The notes beneath the pieces are model-generated. The model was given only the letters and a program-made list of their open reading frames with translations, was not told where the DNA came from and did not search any database. A program made the position numbers and the translations under genes. A DNA stretch of 63,574 nucleotides, filler included, from Octopus bimaculoides (lineage: Eukaryota): NCBI RefSeq assembly GCF_001194135.2. It is 5 parts of 4 records of this genome, joined end to end, with 100 filler letters (N's around TTAATTAATTAA, not from the genome) between each part and the next. Parts side by side here need not be neighbours in the genome. Positions count along the whole stretch, not along the records: positions 27,775 to 49,959 come from NC_068981.1; positions 50,060 to 60,648 come from NC_068986.1; 3 more parts are not named here. One strand, 5' to 3'. This document shows positions 41,315 to 53,061 of this stretch, piece by piece (positions within the stretch are counted from its first letter, which is position 1; each line of letters opens with the position of its first letter).

Positions 41315-41479
41315 GGGAGAATATACAAAAAATAACAACAGACGAGGACAGGTGGTGTAAATAACAAAAGTATATATTAGTATGACGCTCGGGAATACGG
41401 AAAGTCTTTGACGTTTCGAGCTACGCTCTTCAACAGAAAGAATACGGAGACAAGGAGAAAAACACGGAGAAAAAAAAAA
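41315..41479 (-). mobile_element. ~163-bp Penelope pLTR/retrozyme-like unit, copy 2, in (TA)n
   Basis: Same unit as 23841-24003 at constant offset 17474, flanked by (TA)n on both sides. Confidence 0.7.
41405..41441 (-). ncRNA. Putative minimal type I hammerhead ribozyme (variant core), copy 2
   Basis: Sequence identical to 23931-23967. Confidence 0.55.
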
Positions 41480-41720
41480 TACATATATATATATATATAT
41501 ATACATNNNNNNNNNNNNNNNNNNNNNNNNNNNNNNNNNNNNNNNNNNNNNNNNNNNNNNNNNNNNNNNNNNNNNNNNNNNNNNNNNNNNNNNNNNNNNN
41601 NNNNNNNNNNNNNNNNNNNNNNNNNNNNNNNNNNNTATATATATATAATGGAACAAAAACGCAATAGAAGACCCGAACGAGTAGTATATGCTGCAACTGA
41701 TTTACTGATTGTTTGGTCAA

Positions 41721-42493
41721 AAGTTCATACGTTTACAGTAACACTACCGTACATCTTGTAACTATGTTACGGTACAAGCCAGCATGTTACTGAGAGTGTT
41801 TAAAAACTCAAAGGTGCATGAAGCCCTCACAAACATTAAAGACAAGGTGAAGATTACTCTGACATCATTTTGGTCTTTTGTTGCTTGGATGAGACCCCTG
41901 GTCTCTAATGAAAGAGATTGAAATGTTTTGATACCAAAGCTCCGGACAAAGTTCAGCGATATCGTGACGTCATAAACACAATCTAGAAAGATGAAAACAT
42001 TTTTGAACTAGGCGAAAGATACTTAAATCCAACTCTCGAACACGCGCGCGCGCACAGGCGCATATATACACATGCAATTGCACGTATACACGACAACGTA
42101 CATGCAGATAGCGCTACGTGCAAATGGGTATGCGTGTCTGTGTGCCTGTGTGTGCGTATCCATATCAACATGTCTTCTTAACGGTAGATATGTGTGTGTA
42201 CGTGTGTCTGTCTCTCTCTTGCTCTCTCTGTATATATATGTATATATAGAGAGAAACAGAGAGGGAGAGAGACAAAGAGAGGGACAAAGAGTAGTTAAAG
42301 CCAACTCCATGCGCGTTGAATGGCTGTTGTTTTTAGAATAGACTTCATTTATCTCACCCGCCTTACATCATTTTCGTACCAAGGAGAAAAGTTCGTTTGT
42401 TTTAATTTTATTTTTATTTTTAAAAGCAACGGCCATTCAACACGCACTGAGTTGGCTTTAACTGCTCTTTCTCCCTCTCTTTGTCTTGATGTA

Positions 42494-42529
<36 letters not shown>

Positions 42530-42886
42530 NNNNNNNNNNNNNNNNNNNNNNNNNNNNNNNNNNNNNNNNNNNNNNNNNNNNNNNNNNNNNNNNNNNNNNN
42601 NNNNNNNNNNNNNNNNNNNNNNNNNNNNNNNNNNNNNNNNNNNNNNNNNNNNNNNNNNNNNNNNNNNNNNNNNNNNNNNNNNNNNNNNNNNNNNNNNNNN
42701 NNNNNNNNNNNNNNNNNNNNNNNNNNNNNNNNNNNNNNNNNNNNNNNNNNNNNNNNNNNNNNNNNNNNNNNNNNNNNNNNNNNNNNNNNNNNNNNNNNNN
42801 NNNNNNNNNNNNNNNNNNNNNNNNNNNNNNNNNNNNNNNNNNNNNNNNNNNNNNNNNNNNNNNNNNNNNNNNNNNNNNNNNNNNNN

Positions 42887-42920
<34 letters not shown>

Positions 42921-43013
42921 CACACACACACATACACGCGCACACTCACATATATATACATATATATGTATATATATATATACATATATATATGTATTCA
43001 TATATATTTATAC

Positions 43014-43094
<81 letters not shown>

Positions 43095-43514
43095 CACGTA
43101 TATATATATACATACATATACGCGTGCGTGTGTGTTCTACAAATGGATGTTCGTCTCACCAAAAGACTTCTAAATTTTCTAGACTGTGTTTATGACGTCA
43201 TAATATCGGTGTCGTTTGTCCAAAAAATTTCCAGTCTTTCTCGACCTTTCGCAGCGATTAGAGACCAGGTTTTGTGTTTGTCTCTGTGTATGTGTGTGTG
43301 TTTTGTGTGTGTGCGCTCGCGTGTATGGGTGTGTGTGCGGCAGGGACACAAATATGTAAAGACCTGTATGATATCAATAATCTTCGCCTGATTTTTAGAG
43401 TTTATTGGGTTGTTTGGGGTAAACTTGAGCTCTTAAACACCTGTAACACGCTGGTTGGTACCATAACGTAGTTACAAGGTGTACGGTAGTATTATACTGT
43501 AACCGTATGAACTT
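41721..43514. repeat. Large imperfect palindrome (foldback) centred near 42378
   Basis: Arm pairs 41721-41812/43420-43514, 41897-41990/43175-43270 and 42271-42338/42419-42485. Confidence 0.85.
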
Positions 43515-43554
43515 CTAATCAGATCATTTCAGTACAGGAAACCAGAAACATGTA

Positions 43555-44692
43555 CAGGGAGGTCCGAAAGTCTTGTCACCCCCTACCAAAAAGTAATAAG
43601 AACGAAAGAGGAACAATATAATAATATCAAACATGTCCTAGTTTTAGTATATTCATTTCCATTGATACTGACACTGTCACACATCGAGGTCTGTATAAAC
43701 ACCATCATTTTCGTGGCACAAAATGTCCCGTGTGATATTTTACGAAGTTGTTGGTGTTCATACAGATGTGTAACAGTGAAAGTGAATATACTAAAACAAG
43801 TAAATGTGTCTGATAAAACAAGTGCATGTGTCTGACGCTATTGTTCAGTGACCGGAAGTGTCTGACGTGTGGGTTTATGCCGAACAACTGATGTCAGGTG
43901 GAGGAAGAGTACAGCTGTCGACTGAATCTATAGTGAAAATTAACCCATCGGATTTCTTAACGAAAGAAGGTAAGAATTGTTTTCTCTCTGTAGTAGCAGC
44001 TGCGTGAGGGATTATATGGACGACAAGAACGAAAGGAATAAGGTCAGGCACCTTCATCTCTGGCCCTAATCTGGTGAATTTTTTCATCTTCCACCTAAAA
44101 ATACAAATAGGGCTGGAGAGGGGATGTTTGACTGAAGACATGTTTGGAAAAAGATGGAAGAATGTCGCACGAATGTTGGGCATGAAAGGCTTCGCGTGAA
44201 TGCGATATGGTTTGAAAACCCAGGTCAGTCGTAAGGCGGGGTTCGTGGGGTCCGTTATAGTCCCGCCTCCACTCCATCTGTTATGTCTTATTGTGTCCTA
44301 TCATCATTTGTATTATGTATGTTTCTAGAATGTTTAAGAGGACCCCAATCGCATTTCTTGTAAAATCATTCGATTTCATTGTGCTGTCCCTTCTATGTAT
44401 GTCCTTATGGATAATAAAAAATTAAGAAACGTTAGCACGCTGGCCGAAATGCTTAGCAGTATTTCGCCTGTCTTTACGTTCTGAGTTCAAATTCTGACAA
44501 GGTCAACTATGCCTTTCATCCTTTCGGGGTCGATAAATTAAGTACCAGTTGCGTACTGGGTCGATCTAATCGACTGGCCTCCTCCCTCAAAATTTTAGGC
44601 CTTGTGCCATGAGTAGAAAAGATTATTATATTATCCCTCGATTTTTCTTAGTACTTTTTGGTTGGGAGTGAGAAGACTTTCAGACCACCCTA
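43555..44692. mobile_element. Non-autonomous Tc1/mariner element with about 70-bp imperfect TIRs and TA TSD
   Basis: TA|CAGGGAGGTCCGAAAGTCTTGTCACC ... GTGAGAAGACTTTCAGACCACCCTA|TA. The TIR extends via caaaaagtaataag / cttagtactttttg. No intact transposase. Confidence 0.8.
44425..44628 (+). mobile_element. tRNA-SINE family B nested in mariner element
   Basis: gttagcacgctggccgaaatgcttagc...gttctgagttcaaatt...cctttcggggtcgataaattaagtacc...agtagaaaagattatt. Confidence 0.85.
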
Positions 44693-44799
44693 TATTTCAC
44701 TTTTGATATATTCACGGACAATATTTTCCTGTAAACAGTTGTGCGACTGTAAAGAGAATGCGACATTAAGTAACAATGAAAAGTGCTAGACACGAAATA

Positions 44800-45233
44800 A
44801 TCCTTTCTATTTACGCACGATGTCTGAAATTTTGTGGGAAGGTTCCAGCCGATTACATCGCCCCCGTTGTTCAACTGTAGCACTTATTTTCATCGATCCC
44901 GAAAGAATGAAAGGCAAAGTGGACCTCGGCAGAACTTGAACTCAGAACGTAAAGACGGACGAAATACCGCTAAGCATTTTGTCCGACGTGCTAAAGATTC
45001 TTATTTCTTTATTGCCCACAAGGGGCTAAACATAGAGGGGACAAACAAGGACAGACAGAGGGATTAAGTCGATTACATCGACCCCAATGCGTAACTGGTA
45101 CTTAATTTATCGACCCCGAAAGGATGAAAGGCAAAGTGGACCTCGGCAAAATTTGAACTCAGAACGTAAAGACGGACGAAATACCGCTAAGCATTTTGTC
45201 CGACGTGCTAAAGATTCTGCCAGCTCACCGCCT
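44800..45233 (-). mobile_element. Composite/dimeric family B SINE with 16-bp target-site duplication
   Basis: Two SINE bodies with different tails, flanked by direct repeat tgctagacacgaaata (about 44784 and 45235). Confidence 0.8.
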
Positions 45234-46229
45234 TGCTAGACACGAAATATTGATTATTCAGCATATACTCACAGAAGTATGTCAAGAGGATAAAAATATA
45301 AACATGGTGAGTATTTTAATAAAAATTAAGTTTGTTGCTATCAAAATATCAGAGGCTCTTTTCAAGATATATCGTTATTAAAGCAAAATTCTTCATTAGA
45401 TATTCGATATCCTGCATATATCTTTATTGTCGCAAACATGTGACCACATAAAGTTTTGGATCACAAATGTGTATCGGTTTGTGTCTCTGTGTATGTGCGT
45501 CTTTATGTATATTGTGTCTCTCTCCTTCACTCATTCTCTTTCGTTCAATTCCTCTTCCTGTGCCTTCCTCTATTTGTCTCTTTACATCAAACGCACATTC
45601 AAGCCTTTCTCTCTCTGCTTCTCCCTCTTCTTCCTCCTCTCTTTCTCTCTCATTTTCTATGTGTGTGAGTGTATATAACGCAAACTTATATACACATTGT
45701 ATATGCATATACAATAAATCTTATGTATATGCATAAAATGACTGAGAATCTACGAGGGTAGAACTACAATTTAACGAGACATGATAAGATTCATAGCCGT
45801 AACAACTTGCTATTTTGTGTGAATATGTATGCAAGAACCAACTATGAAACCACATTCAATCAAATCACTCACAACTTATCATTTCATATTTATATGTACA
45901 ATTGATTCTCCCATAGGATTCACAAATTCAAGGATATGTTGTTAGAATTAGCAGCCAAGTACTCTCATCTTGCTATATAGGTATACTTGTACACAAACAC
46001 ACATGCACGCACACATACACGAACGCATACACACATACACACACACGCACCCACAGGCACATAGACACAAACGCATACGTACTTACATTCATAAATACAT
46101 TACATACATACGTACGTACACACAAACACACACAACACACTTATACGCACAACACATACACCACATATGTTCTTCTCATTTTAATTTAGAGTAAATTTTG
46201 GCCGGCCACCAATTTGGTAGCAAGCAAAG

Positions 46230-46850
46230 TATCTTGTTTTAACCTTCATCTTTTAAATCTTAAGAAGGTCCTGCAGATTTTTATAGTTCCAGTTATCGTG
46301 ATCATTTGTAGCATATGATGAATTAAGAATTTGCATTCCCTCCTACAAGATCCCAAGTTCAGCCATACTTTGTTCCAGACAGGTTGATATACATCTTGTT
46401 GCTCTAATGGTAATAGGTATGAAACTAAAAGTATATCTTAGGTACTGAATTTGCAAACTCCTTATCCAACGTACATAGATGTCCTCTTTGTACTTGTATT
46501 TTTCTAATTACATTCATGTCCAGATGCAGATAATTTACACAGCAGAACATATCTTTTATGGTACTACACAACAATATCTGACCGGTTGTGTTTTAACTTG
46601 GTGGCTGTTTTAATTTCTAAGTCACACTAATATTCTTGAGCCAATGAAGCACACCACTGTAATATTGTTCAACGTGCTATGTATAGTTAGGGACTTCTTA
46701 ACAGCGTCATAGGCCTCGGACAAATTAATGCAGTGGGCCCTATAATATTCATATACTGACAGCAAGCCACAGCAGGCATTAATCAGAATTGTGTCCCGAG
46801 AACTGTGAGCCCCACCCCCAGGCAACTCTCCATTGTATCTATACCTTCAG
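46230..46850 (-). mobile_element. RLE LINE family 1-like fragment (old)
   Basis: Degenerate KHNRSDIVV, YTFSFIPITI, TGTIKICRTFLRF. Confidence 0.65.
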
Positions 46851-47377
46851 ACGGCACTAGGAATAGTTGTTATATGTATATGTATATGTGTGTATACACT
46901 GGGAATAGTATACACTGGGAATAGTTGTTATATACATATGTGTATACGCATACGTGTGTAAGCCACAAACTTGTACCACTGATCTGTTGTACAATCTTTG
47001 CGAAATAATCCTTTCTGCTTTTCGCACAAAGCTTCAAATCACCCAGAGCACGCTTTTGTGCTTGTAATGAAAGAATGAAGGATCTTCAACAGGAGATATC
47101 TACCTGATGTTCTGGGTCAACAGAAAGGGCGGGGTCATGTTCAACCACTAGGGTTATGAGTAATCTTCTAACTACATTATTCTTGAATGAATGTATCCAT
47201 AAATTAAGATCCTTGCATATACAAATGAATTATATTATACACATACATATACACATACATACATCGTCTCGCCTCACTGTCTACTAGATAAGCGGGCGGG
47301 ACGCACGCTTGACACAGATCTAAATGAGAGTACGAAATAGTCTCGTAATGTTTATTAGGATATGATGTACATGTGCA

Positions 47378-47540
47378 TTGGTAGCGTAGCTAGAGGTAAA
47401 CTGGGGGTGATCCGACTCGGATGTCGCATTTATGTGGGCGGAACCTTTTGGACTGCTGTATAAATCTGTATAAGCTTGGCGCCCGGGGGGAAAAAACTTA
47501 AGGGCTGCCCCGTGCGGCACACACCCTAGCTATAACACAT
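47378..47540. mobile_element. Possible degenerate MITE
   Basis: Left gtagcgtagctagagg versus right ccctagctataacac, an imperfect TIR pair around GC-rich filler. Confidence 0.3.
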
Positions 47541-48925
47541 ATGTATATATGTGCGTGCCTATGTGTGCGTGTGGTGTGTGCGCGCGCGTATGTAAATATA
47601 TATGAATGTATACATATATGAATCTATACATATGTGTCTATACACATACATAAATTTGTGTATATATTTCTGTATATATGTATAGGTATGTATGTATGTA
47701 TACATGTGTGTGTATGTGTGTGTGTTTGTGTAAGTGTGTATGTGAATGAGTGTGTGTGTGTGTGTGTGTGTATGCGTGTGTGTGTGTGTGTGTGTGTGTG
47801 TTCAGAACAAATTTTACTCAAAACGGAAAAAATTTACGAAAGATAAAAAGAAATTAGTTCTGCGCGATCTGTGACGTAAAGACTAAGGAACAGTGTCATT
47901 GCACATTAGTTGAAAACAATGTTAATTTAATCAACGCAAACAAATAATATTTAACTATACATCTATAATATAGCAAATAAATAGAGGAAAAAAATATCCC
48001 CAAATATATAATTAATTCATTAAATTATATATATATTGACAGATATATTTTAGGGTATTTTTTCTTTTCTCTTCAGAAAACTTTCAGATAAATTATCGTA
48101 TGTTTGTTTTCCTTTGGTTATGATTTACCTATGTTTTTTTTTTTTAACAAATAGGAATCGTCTTACTTTCAACAATACTATCTTAATAGGTTAACTGTCT
48201 TTAATGATAGTCTTGAATGAAATGAACTCGAAACCGCACAGTTACAAATCGATGTTTTTAACTGCACAAGCACGTCGGCGTCTATATCTATCATATATAC
48301 ATACACACACACACACACATATACATATANNNNNNNNNNNNNNNNNNNNNNNNNNNNNNNNNNNNNNNNNNNNNNNNNNNNNNNNNNNNNNNNNNNNNNN
48401 NNNNNNNNNNNNNNNNNNNNNNNNNNNNNNNNNNNNNNNNNNNNNNNNNNNNNNNNNNNNNNNNNNNNNNNNNNNNNNNNNNNNNNNNNNNNNNNNNNNN
48501 NNNNNNNNNNNNNNNNNNNNNNNNNNNNNNNNNNNNNNNNNNNNNNNNNNNNNNNNNNNNNNNNNNNNNNNNNNNNNNNNNNNNNNNNNNNNNNNNNNNN
48601 NNNNNNNNNNNNNNNNNNNNNNNNNNNNNNNNNNNNNNNNNNNNNNNNNNNNNNNNNNNNNNNNNNNNNNNNNNNNNNNNNNNNNNNNNNNNNNNNNNNN
48701 NNNNNNNNNNNNNNNNNNNNNNNNNNNNNNNNNNNNNNNNNNNNNNNNNNNNNNNNNNNNNNNNNNNNNNNNNNNNNNNNNNNNNNNNNNNNNNNNNNNN
48801 NNNNNNNNNNNNNNNNNNNNNNNNNNNNNNNNNNNNNNNNNNNNNNNNNNNNNNNNNNNNNNNNNNNNNNNNNNNNNNNNNNNNNNNNNNNNNNNNNNNN
48901 NNNNNNNNNNNNNNNNNNNNNNNNN

Positions 48926-49292
48926 GCAATGGCCCAGAAGTTAGGGCAGCGGACTCGCGGTCGTAGGATCGCGGTTTCGATTCCCAGACCGGGCGTTGTG
49001 AGTGTTTATTGAGCGAAAACACCTAAAGTTCCACGAGGTTCCGGCAAGGGATGGTGGCGAGCCCTGCTGTACTCTTCCACCACAACTTTCTCTCACTCTT
49101 TCTCCCTGTTTCTGTTGTACCTATATTTCAAAGGGCCACAATGTGTCACGCTGAATCTCCCTGAGAACTACATTAAGAGTGCACATCTCTGTGGAGTGCT
49201 CAGCCACTTGCACGTTAATTTCACGAGCAGGCTGTTCCGTTGATCGGATCAACTGGAACCCTCGTTGTCGTAACCGATGGAGTGCCAACAAC
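48926..49292 (+). mobile_element. tRNA-SINE family C (tail type 1)
   Basis: gcaatggccc...ggtttcgattcccagaccgggcg...gatcggatcaactggaaccctcg...ggagtgccaacaacaac. Confidence 0.88.
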
Positions 49293-49589
49293 AACATATA
49301 AACCACACACTCACGTATACATACATATATACACACTCGACCCCTAAATCTCGGTTAGAAACCGGTTCTTTCTCTATTGGCAAGAAATCTTGAAGTAAAA
49401 CTGGATAATAACATAAGAAAATTAGTTACGCTTGCATACATTTCTTTGTACCAATAAAAACACAATCACATACATATGTGTGTGCACATGTGTGTATGTG
49501 TGTGAGCGTATATATGTATCCATGTGTGTATATATAAAGGTTAAAAACCCCCTCCGTGAGATTGAACCTAGAAAGTTCCCCTCTCAGGC

Positions 49590-49835
49590 ACTAGCCCGGG
49601 CAAGGTTATTTATGGTAGACCAGCAGTCGCCCATGCCTTCCAGCCTCTCTTCTCTATGCCACTGATGTTATCCAAGTCAAAGGCATAGGCCGATACAGAT
49701 TGGCACTCAGTGAACTGGAGCAACGTGAAATAAAGTATCTTGCTCAAGGACACAGCATACATCCCGATCCGGGAATCGAATTCGCTACCTCATGATTGTG
49801 AGGCCAACCCTCAAGCTACTGAGCCATGAGCCTTC
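49590..49835 (-). mobile_element. tRNA-SINE family D
   Basis: gtgaactggagcaacgtgaaataaagtatcttgctcaaggacac...gggaatcgaattc; the tail resembles the 35590 copy. Confidence 0.75.
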
Positions 49836-49859
49836 TCACACGTATGGGCGTGTGGTGTG

Positions 49860-49911
<52 letters not shown>

Positions 49912-49959
49912 TGTGTACATTTGTATTATACACACACACATATATATATATATATATAT

Positions 49960-50059
49960 NNNNNNNNNNNNNNNNNNNNNNNNNNNNNNNNNNNNNNNNN
50001 NNNTTAATTAATTAANNNNNNNNNNNNNNNNNNNNNNNNNNNNNNNNNNNNNNNNNNNN
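49960..50059. other. Artificial contig spacer 44N-TTAATTAATTAA-44N
   Basis: Same structure. Confidence 0.95.
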
Positions 50060-50250
50060 GCACATTGGTACAATTCCCTGCTACCACCGTTCTTCCAGTC
50101 CTTCCAAGCCTGTTTCTTTTGTCTAATAGCCCTGTCTACCTCCTTGTTCCACCACCACGTTACTCTGGGTTGGGAGGGGACCTTACACCACCCACAAATC
50201 TGGTCGGTGGCTTTCAACAGGTTGTCCCGCAGAAATCTCCAAAAAGACAA
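50060..50250 (-). mobile_element. RTE-like LINE ORF2 fragment (endonuclease-RT linker)
   Basis: LLKATDQICGWCK....RVTWWWNKEVDRAIRQKKQAWKDWK: WWN.EV..AI..KK is a typical linker motif. Confidence 0.8.
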
Positions 50251-50407
50251 AAAATTAATGGACCACGGATTCCTCTGCTTTTAATGAGAGGAAAATGTTA
50301 ACCTTCATGTCTAAATTTGATTGATCAAGATAGGGGCAATAACTCTGAAGCCTCATTTAATTTAAAGATTGAGAAGATAGATGGTGGGTGATGATAGTCA
50401 TAAGAAA

Positions 50408-50615
50408 GGTTTCAAATTTTGGTACAAGGCCAGCAAGGAGGAGGCAAGTCAATTGTATCGACCCCAGGGCTCAACTGGTACTTATTTTATCAACACCAAA
50501 AGGAATACAGGCGAAGTCGACTTTGGTGGAATTTGAACTCAGAACAAAAGGACAGACAAAATGCCACTAAGCGTTTTGCCCAGAATGCTAACAATTCTGC
50601 CAGCTCGGTGCCTTC
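50408..50615 (-). mobile_element. tRNA-SINE family B downstream of FAXC third coding exon
   Basis: aattctgccagctc head on reverse strand, gaatttgaactcagaac B box, tcgacccca core. Confidence 0.8.
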
Positions 50616-50972
50616 TCATGATAGCTGGAATTGAGATTGATATAGAACAATGTCTGGCCACAAGAGCTTAACTCTATTGGAAGCTTGCATAGTACATCAA
50701 CATACCTCTCTCTCTGGTATTTATTTACGTATGATAACATAGCGGCTAACATCTAGCCTTCGGCCGTTTGGACCCTGTTGTGTCCACCACCCTGATTGGC
50801 TCTTATTTGCGCGGCATTTGTCTCCAGTTCTGTCTCGCGCCAGGGTGCATACTGACCAATTGTGGCCTTCTGTTCTTGTTTTTTTTTATGAAATATTTTG
50901 AGAGATAGAAATATGCACACACACACACACACACAAATGCATAAAATATAAAAATAAAACAAAAATAATTAC

Positions 50973-51169
50973 CAATACAAGTTCTCTTCTAACATTTTCT
51001 GCATGGCCCTAGCAATACTTCGTTGTTCATCTGTGAGATGAATGTTAAAGTTAAGGTTGAATTTCTTGTTCAAATACTCAATAATGAACTGGGAGTCACT
51101 GACAACTTCTCCATTGTATGTAATCCAAGGTATTTTATGTTTGGGTGACATCTCATAGGTATATTCAAC
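50973..51169 (-). CDS. FAXC: FAXC-like gene, third coding exon (VEYTYEMSPKHKIPWITYNGEVVSDSQFIIEYLNKKFNLNFNIHLTDEQRSIARAMQKMLEENLYW)
   Basis: Acceptor ttgccag|GTT and donor TG|GTAATT, 197 nt, phase 0 to 2. K.PWI.YNG..+.DS.FII.YL...F and AR..+.M+EE.LYW are typical of the FAXC/metaxin GST-N and GST-C start. Confidence 0.95.
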
Positions 51170-51462
51170 CTGGCAATATATATAACATTAAAATAAGCCA
51201 TCCCTATCAAGAAATTCTTATTATAAAGACTGACCTCTGAACTCTTTGACCCAATGAACTCTTATGCACAAATGTACACACACACACATACACACACACA
51301 CACACACCACACACATCTGTATTTACTTACATATCTAAATAATTGATGGTTGAAGAATTTTATTGAACCTAAAAATCTAGTAAACTGAAGCCAGAACAAT
51401 TTTTATTTATCTTTTGCATATCTTTTACTTAGAAAAGAAGAAACAGAATGTGGAAGCCTTAC

Positions 51463-51589
51463 CTGATAGGGTAACTTGGCCATGCGGAGAAAAGTTTCAA
51501 GCTTTATAGCAAAAGGAGAAAGGTTTGGTGCTTGACATACTCTTGGAAACTGGTGCAATATGATCACATTTTCAGGGTAAATTTTCTTC
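51463..51589 (-). CDS. FAXC: FAXC-like gene, second coding exon (KKIYPENVIILHQFPRVCQAPNLSPFAIKLETFLRMAKLPYQ)
   Basis: Acceptor tttaaag|G and donor CAG|GTAAGG, 127 nt, phase 2 to 0. LHQF..P.LSPF.+KLET+LRM..LPY is the FAX/metaxin N-terminal signature. Not present in the supplied ORF track. Confidence 0.93.
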
Positions 51590-51759
51590 CTTTAAATAAA
51601 GGTTTATTATTTCAGCATCAGTTAAAAGTATACACTATGAGACATTGGCAAAACATCCTAGTACTAATGTGTGTGTGTATATGTATTTATATATATGAAG
51701 TAATTCCCTTTGGAGTGGTGGGTATCAAAGCAGGTAAAGCTATAAATAAAGGTTTCAAT

Positions 51760-52040
51760 TTTGGCACAAAGCAAGCAATTTCAGGTGAGGGTGTAAATCT
51801 ATTAGATCATCCTCAGAACTCAACTGGTACCTATTTTATCATTCTCTTTTGCCAAACCGCTAAGTTACAAAGATGTAAACACAGTAACACTGTCAAGCAG
51901 TGGTGGGGGACAAACACACACACAAGACAGGCTTCTTTCAGTTAACATCTACCAAATCCACTCACAAGGCTTTGGTTGACTTGAGGCTATAGTAGAAGAC
52001 ATGTACCTAAGGTGCCATGCAGTGGGACTGAATCTGGAAA
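51760..52040 (-). mobile_element. tRNA-SINE family A body with family B-like tail, in FAXC intron
   Basis: caaaccgctaagttac...accaaatccactcacaaggctttgg...gcagtgggactgaa; left end ttttggcacaaagcaagc resembles the family B tail. Confidence 0.6.
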
Positions 52041-52981
52041 TATTACTTTACATGGAAACAGGTGAGGGTTGACAACAAGAATGACATCCAGCTGTAGAAA
52101 ATCTTCCTTAATGAAATCTGTCTGACTTATGCAAGCATGGAAATGCAAATGTTAAAACAATCATAATGATAACATAGACAGACACACAGATTCTATATAG
52201 ATCCTGTCATAACCACTTTCATTTGTTAAAAAATGTCATAGGTGATAATGTGTGAGAGCAAAAGAGATGAAAACAACATTCCATATTCAAGCAACATATC
52301 TTTATATGCTTATATTTGTATTTCACTTTTAACTGTAAAAGGCAGCCTTTGACGTTTTCTATCCAAAAAGGTTTTTAATTCAATATTTACATGCTATTAG
52401 CATTATTTACTTTGAATTCTACAGCTGTAAACAAACATATTTCACATTCACTCAAAATTTCTAAATTCTCTTCACATAAACAACATATATTTATGTTTCT
52501 GTTCATCAGTTTGGATCAAAAACGTTGAGGGAAAGTTATAGAGTACAATACTGTAATGTCAGCATCTCAACTGAAAATGAGAGCTTTCACAGTAATACAA
52601 TTTTGCTGCAAAATCACAACACCTCCAAGTTTATACGACAGCATAATTTTAATAGGACAACTCATGCAAAAATAAAAAAATAAAAAAAAAACAAACAACA
52701 TTTAATGAGTTTTTTTTCATCTTCCATTTTCAGTGTGAAAATTATAAATTTCATTACATTTAACAAATTTTAATTTAGATTTATTTGAAATAGTGAGGAA
52801 ATGCCACTCCCATGCATTTTTACAACACTGCAACCTTGTATGCATGTGTTTGTGTGTATGTATGCACACATGTGTGTACCAATGTTTGTGTATGGGTATG
52901 TGTGCGTAATTATATATTCTAATAAAAGGACTAAATCGTAGTTGATAAAAAATGAAAAGGAATAAGCAATATAAATAATAC

Positions 52982-53061
52982 TTTTTCCATCGGAAGATGG
53001 TGAAAAGGAGTCCTGATGCAGTGATGAGCCCAACTCCAGCAGCAACGGCCCACTGTGACAT
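52982..53061 (-). CDS. FAXC: FAXC-like gene, first coding exon (MSQWAVAAGVGLITASGLLFTIFRWK+2 nt; hydrophobic N-terminal anchor)
   Basis: ATG at 53061 and donor AA|GTATTA at 52981. The phase 2 end matches the next exon. An upstream acceptor ttttcag puts the exon start at 53108, and the frame is open from there to the ATG, so an upstream coding exon is not excluded. Confidence 0.8.

Noticed and set aside
43875-44277. ORFs 43875-44183 and 44095-44277 as FAXC 3' exons
   Set aside because: No GST-C motifs, and they lie inside mariner TIRs.
50745-50880. GC-rich patch, possibly an RTE 3' end (LARDR..WR with frameshift)
   Set aside because: Too short and degenerate to support.
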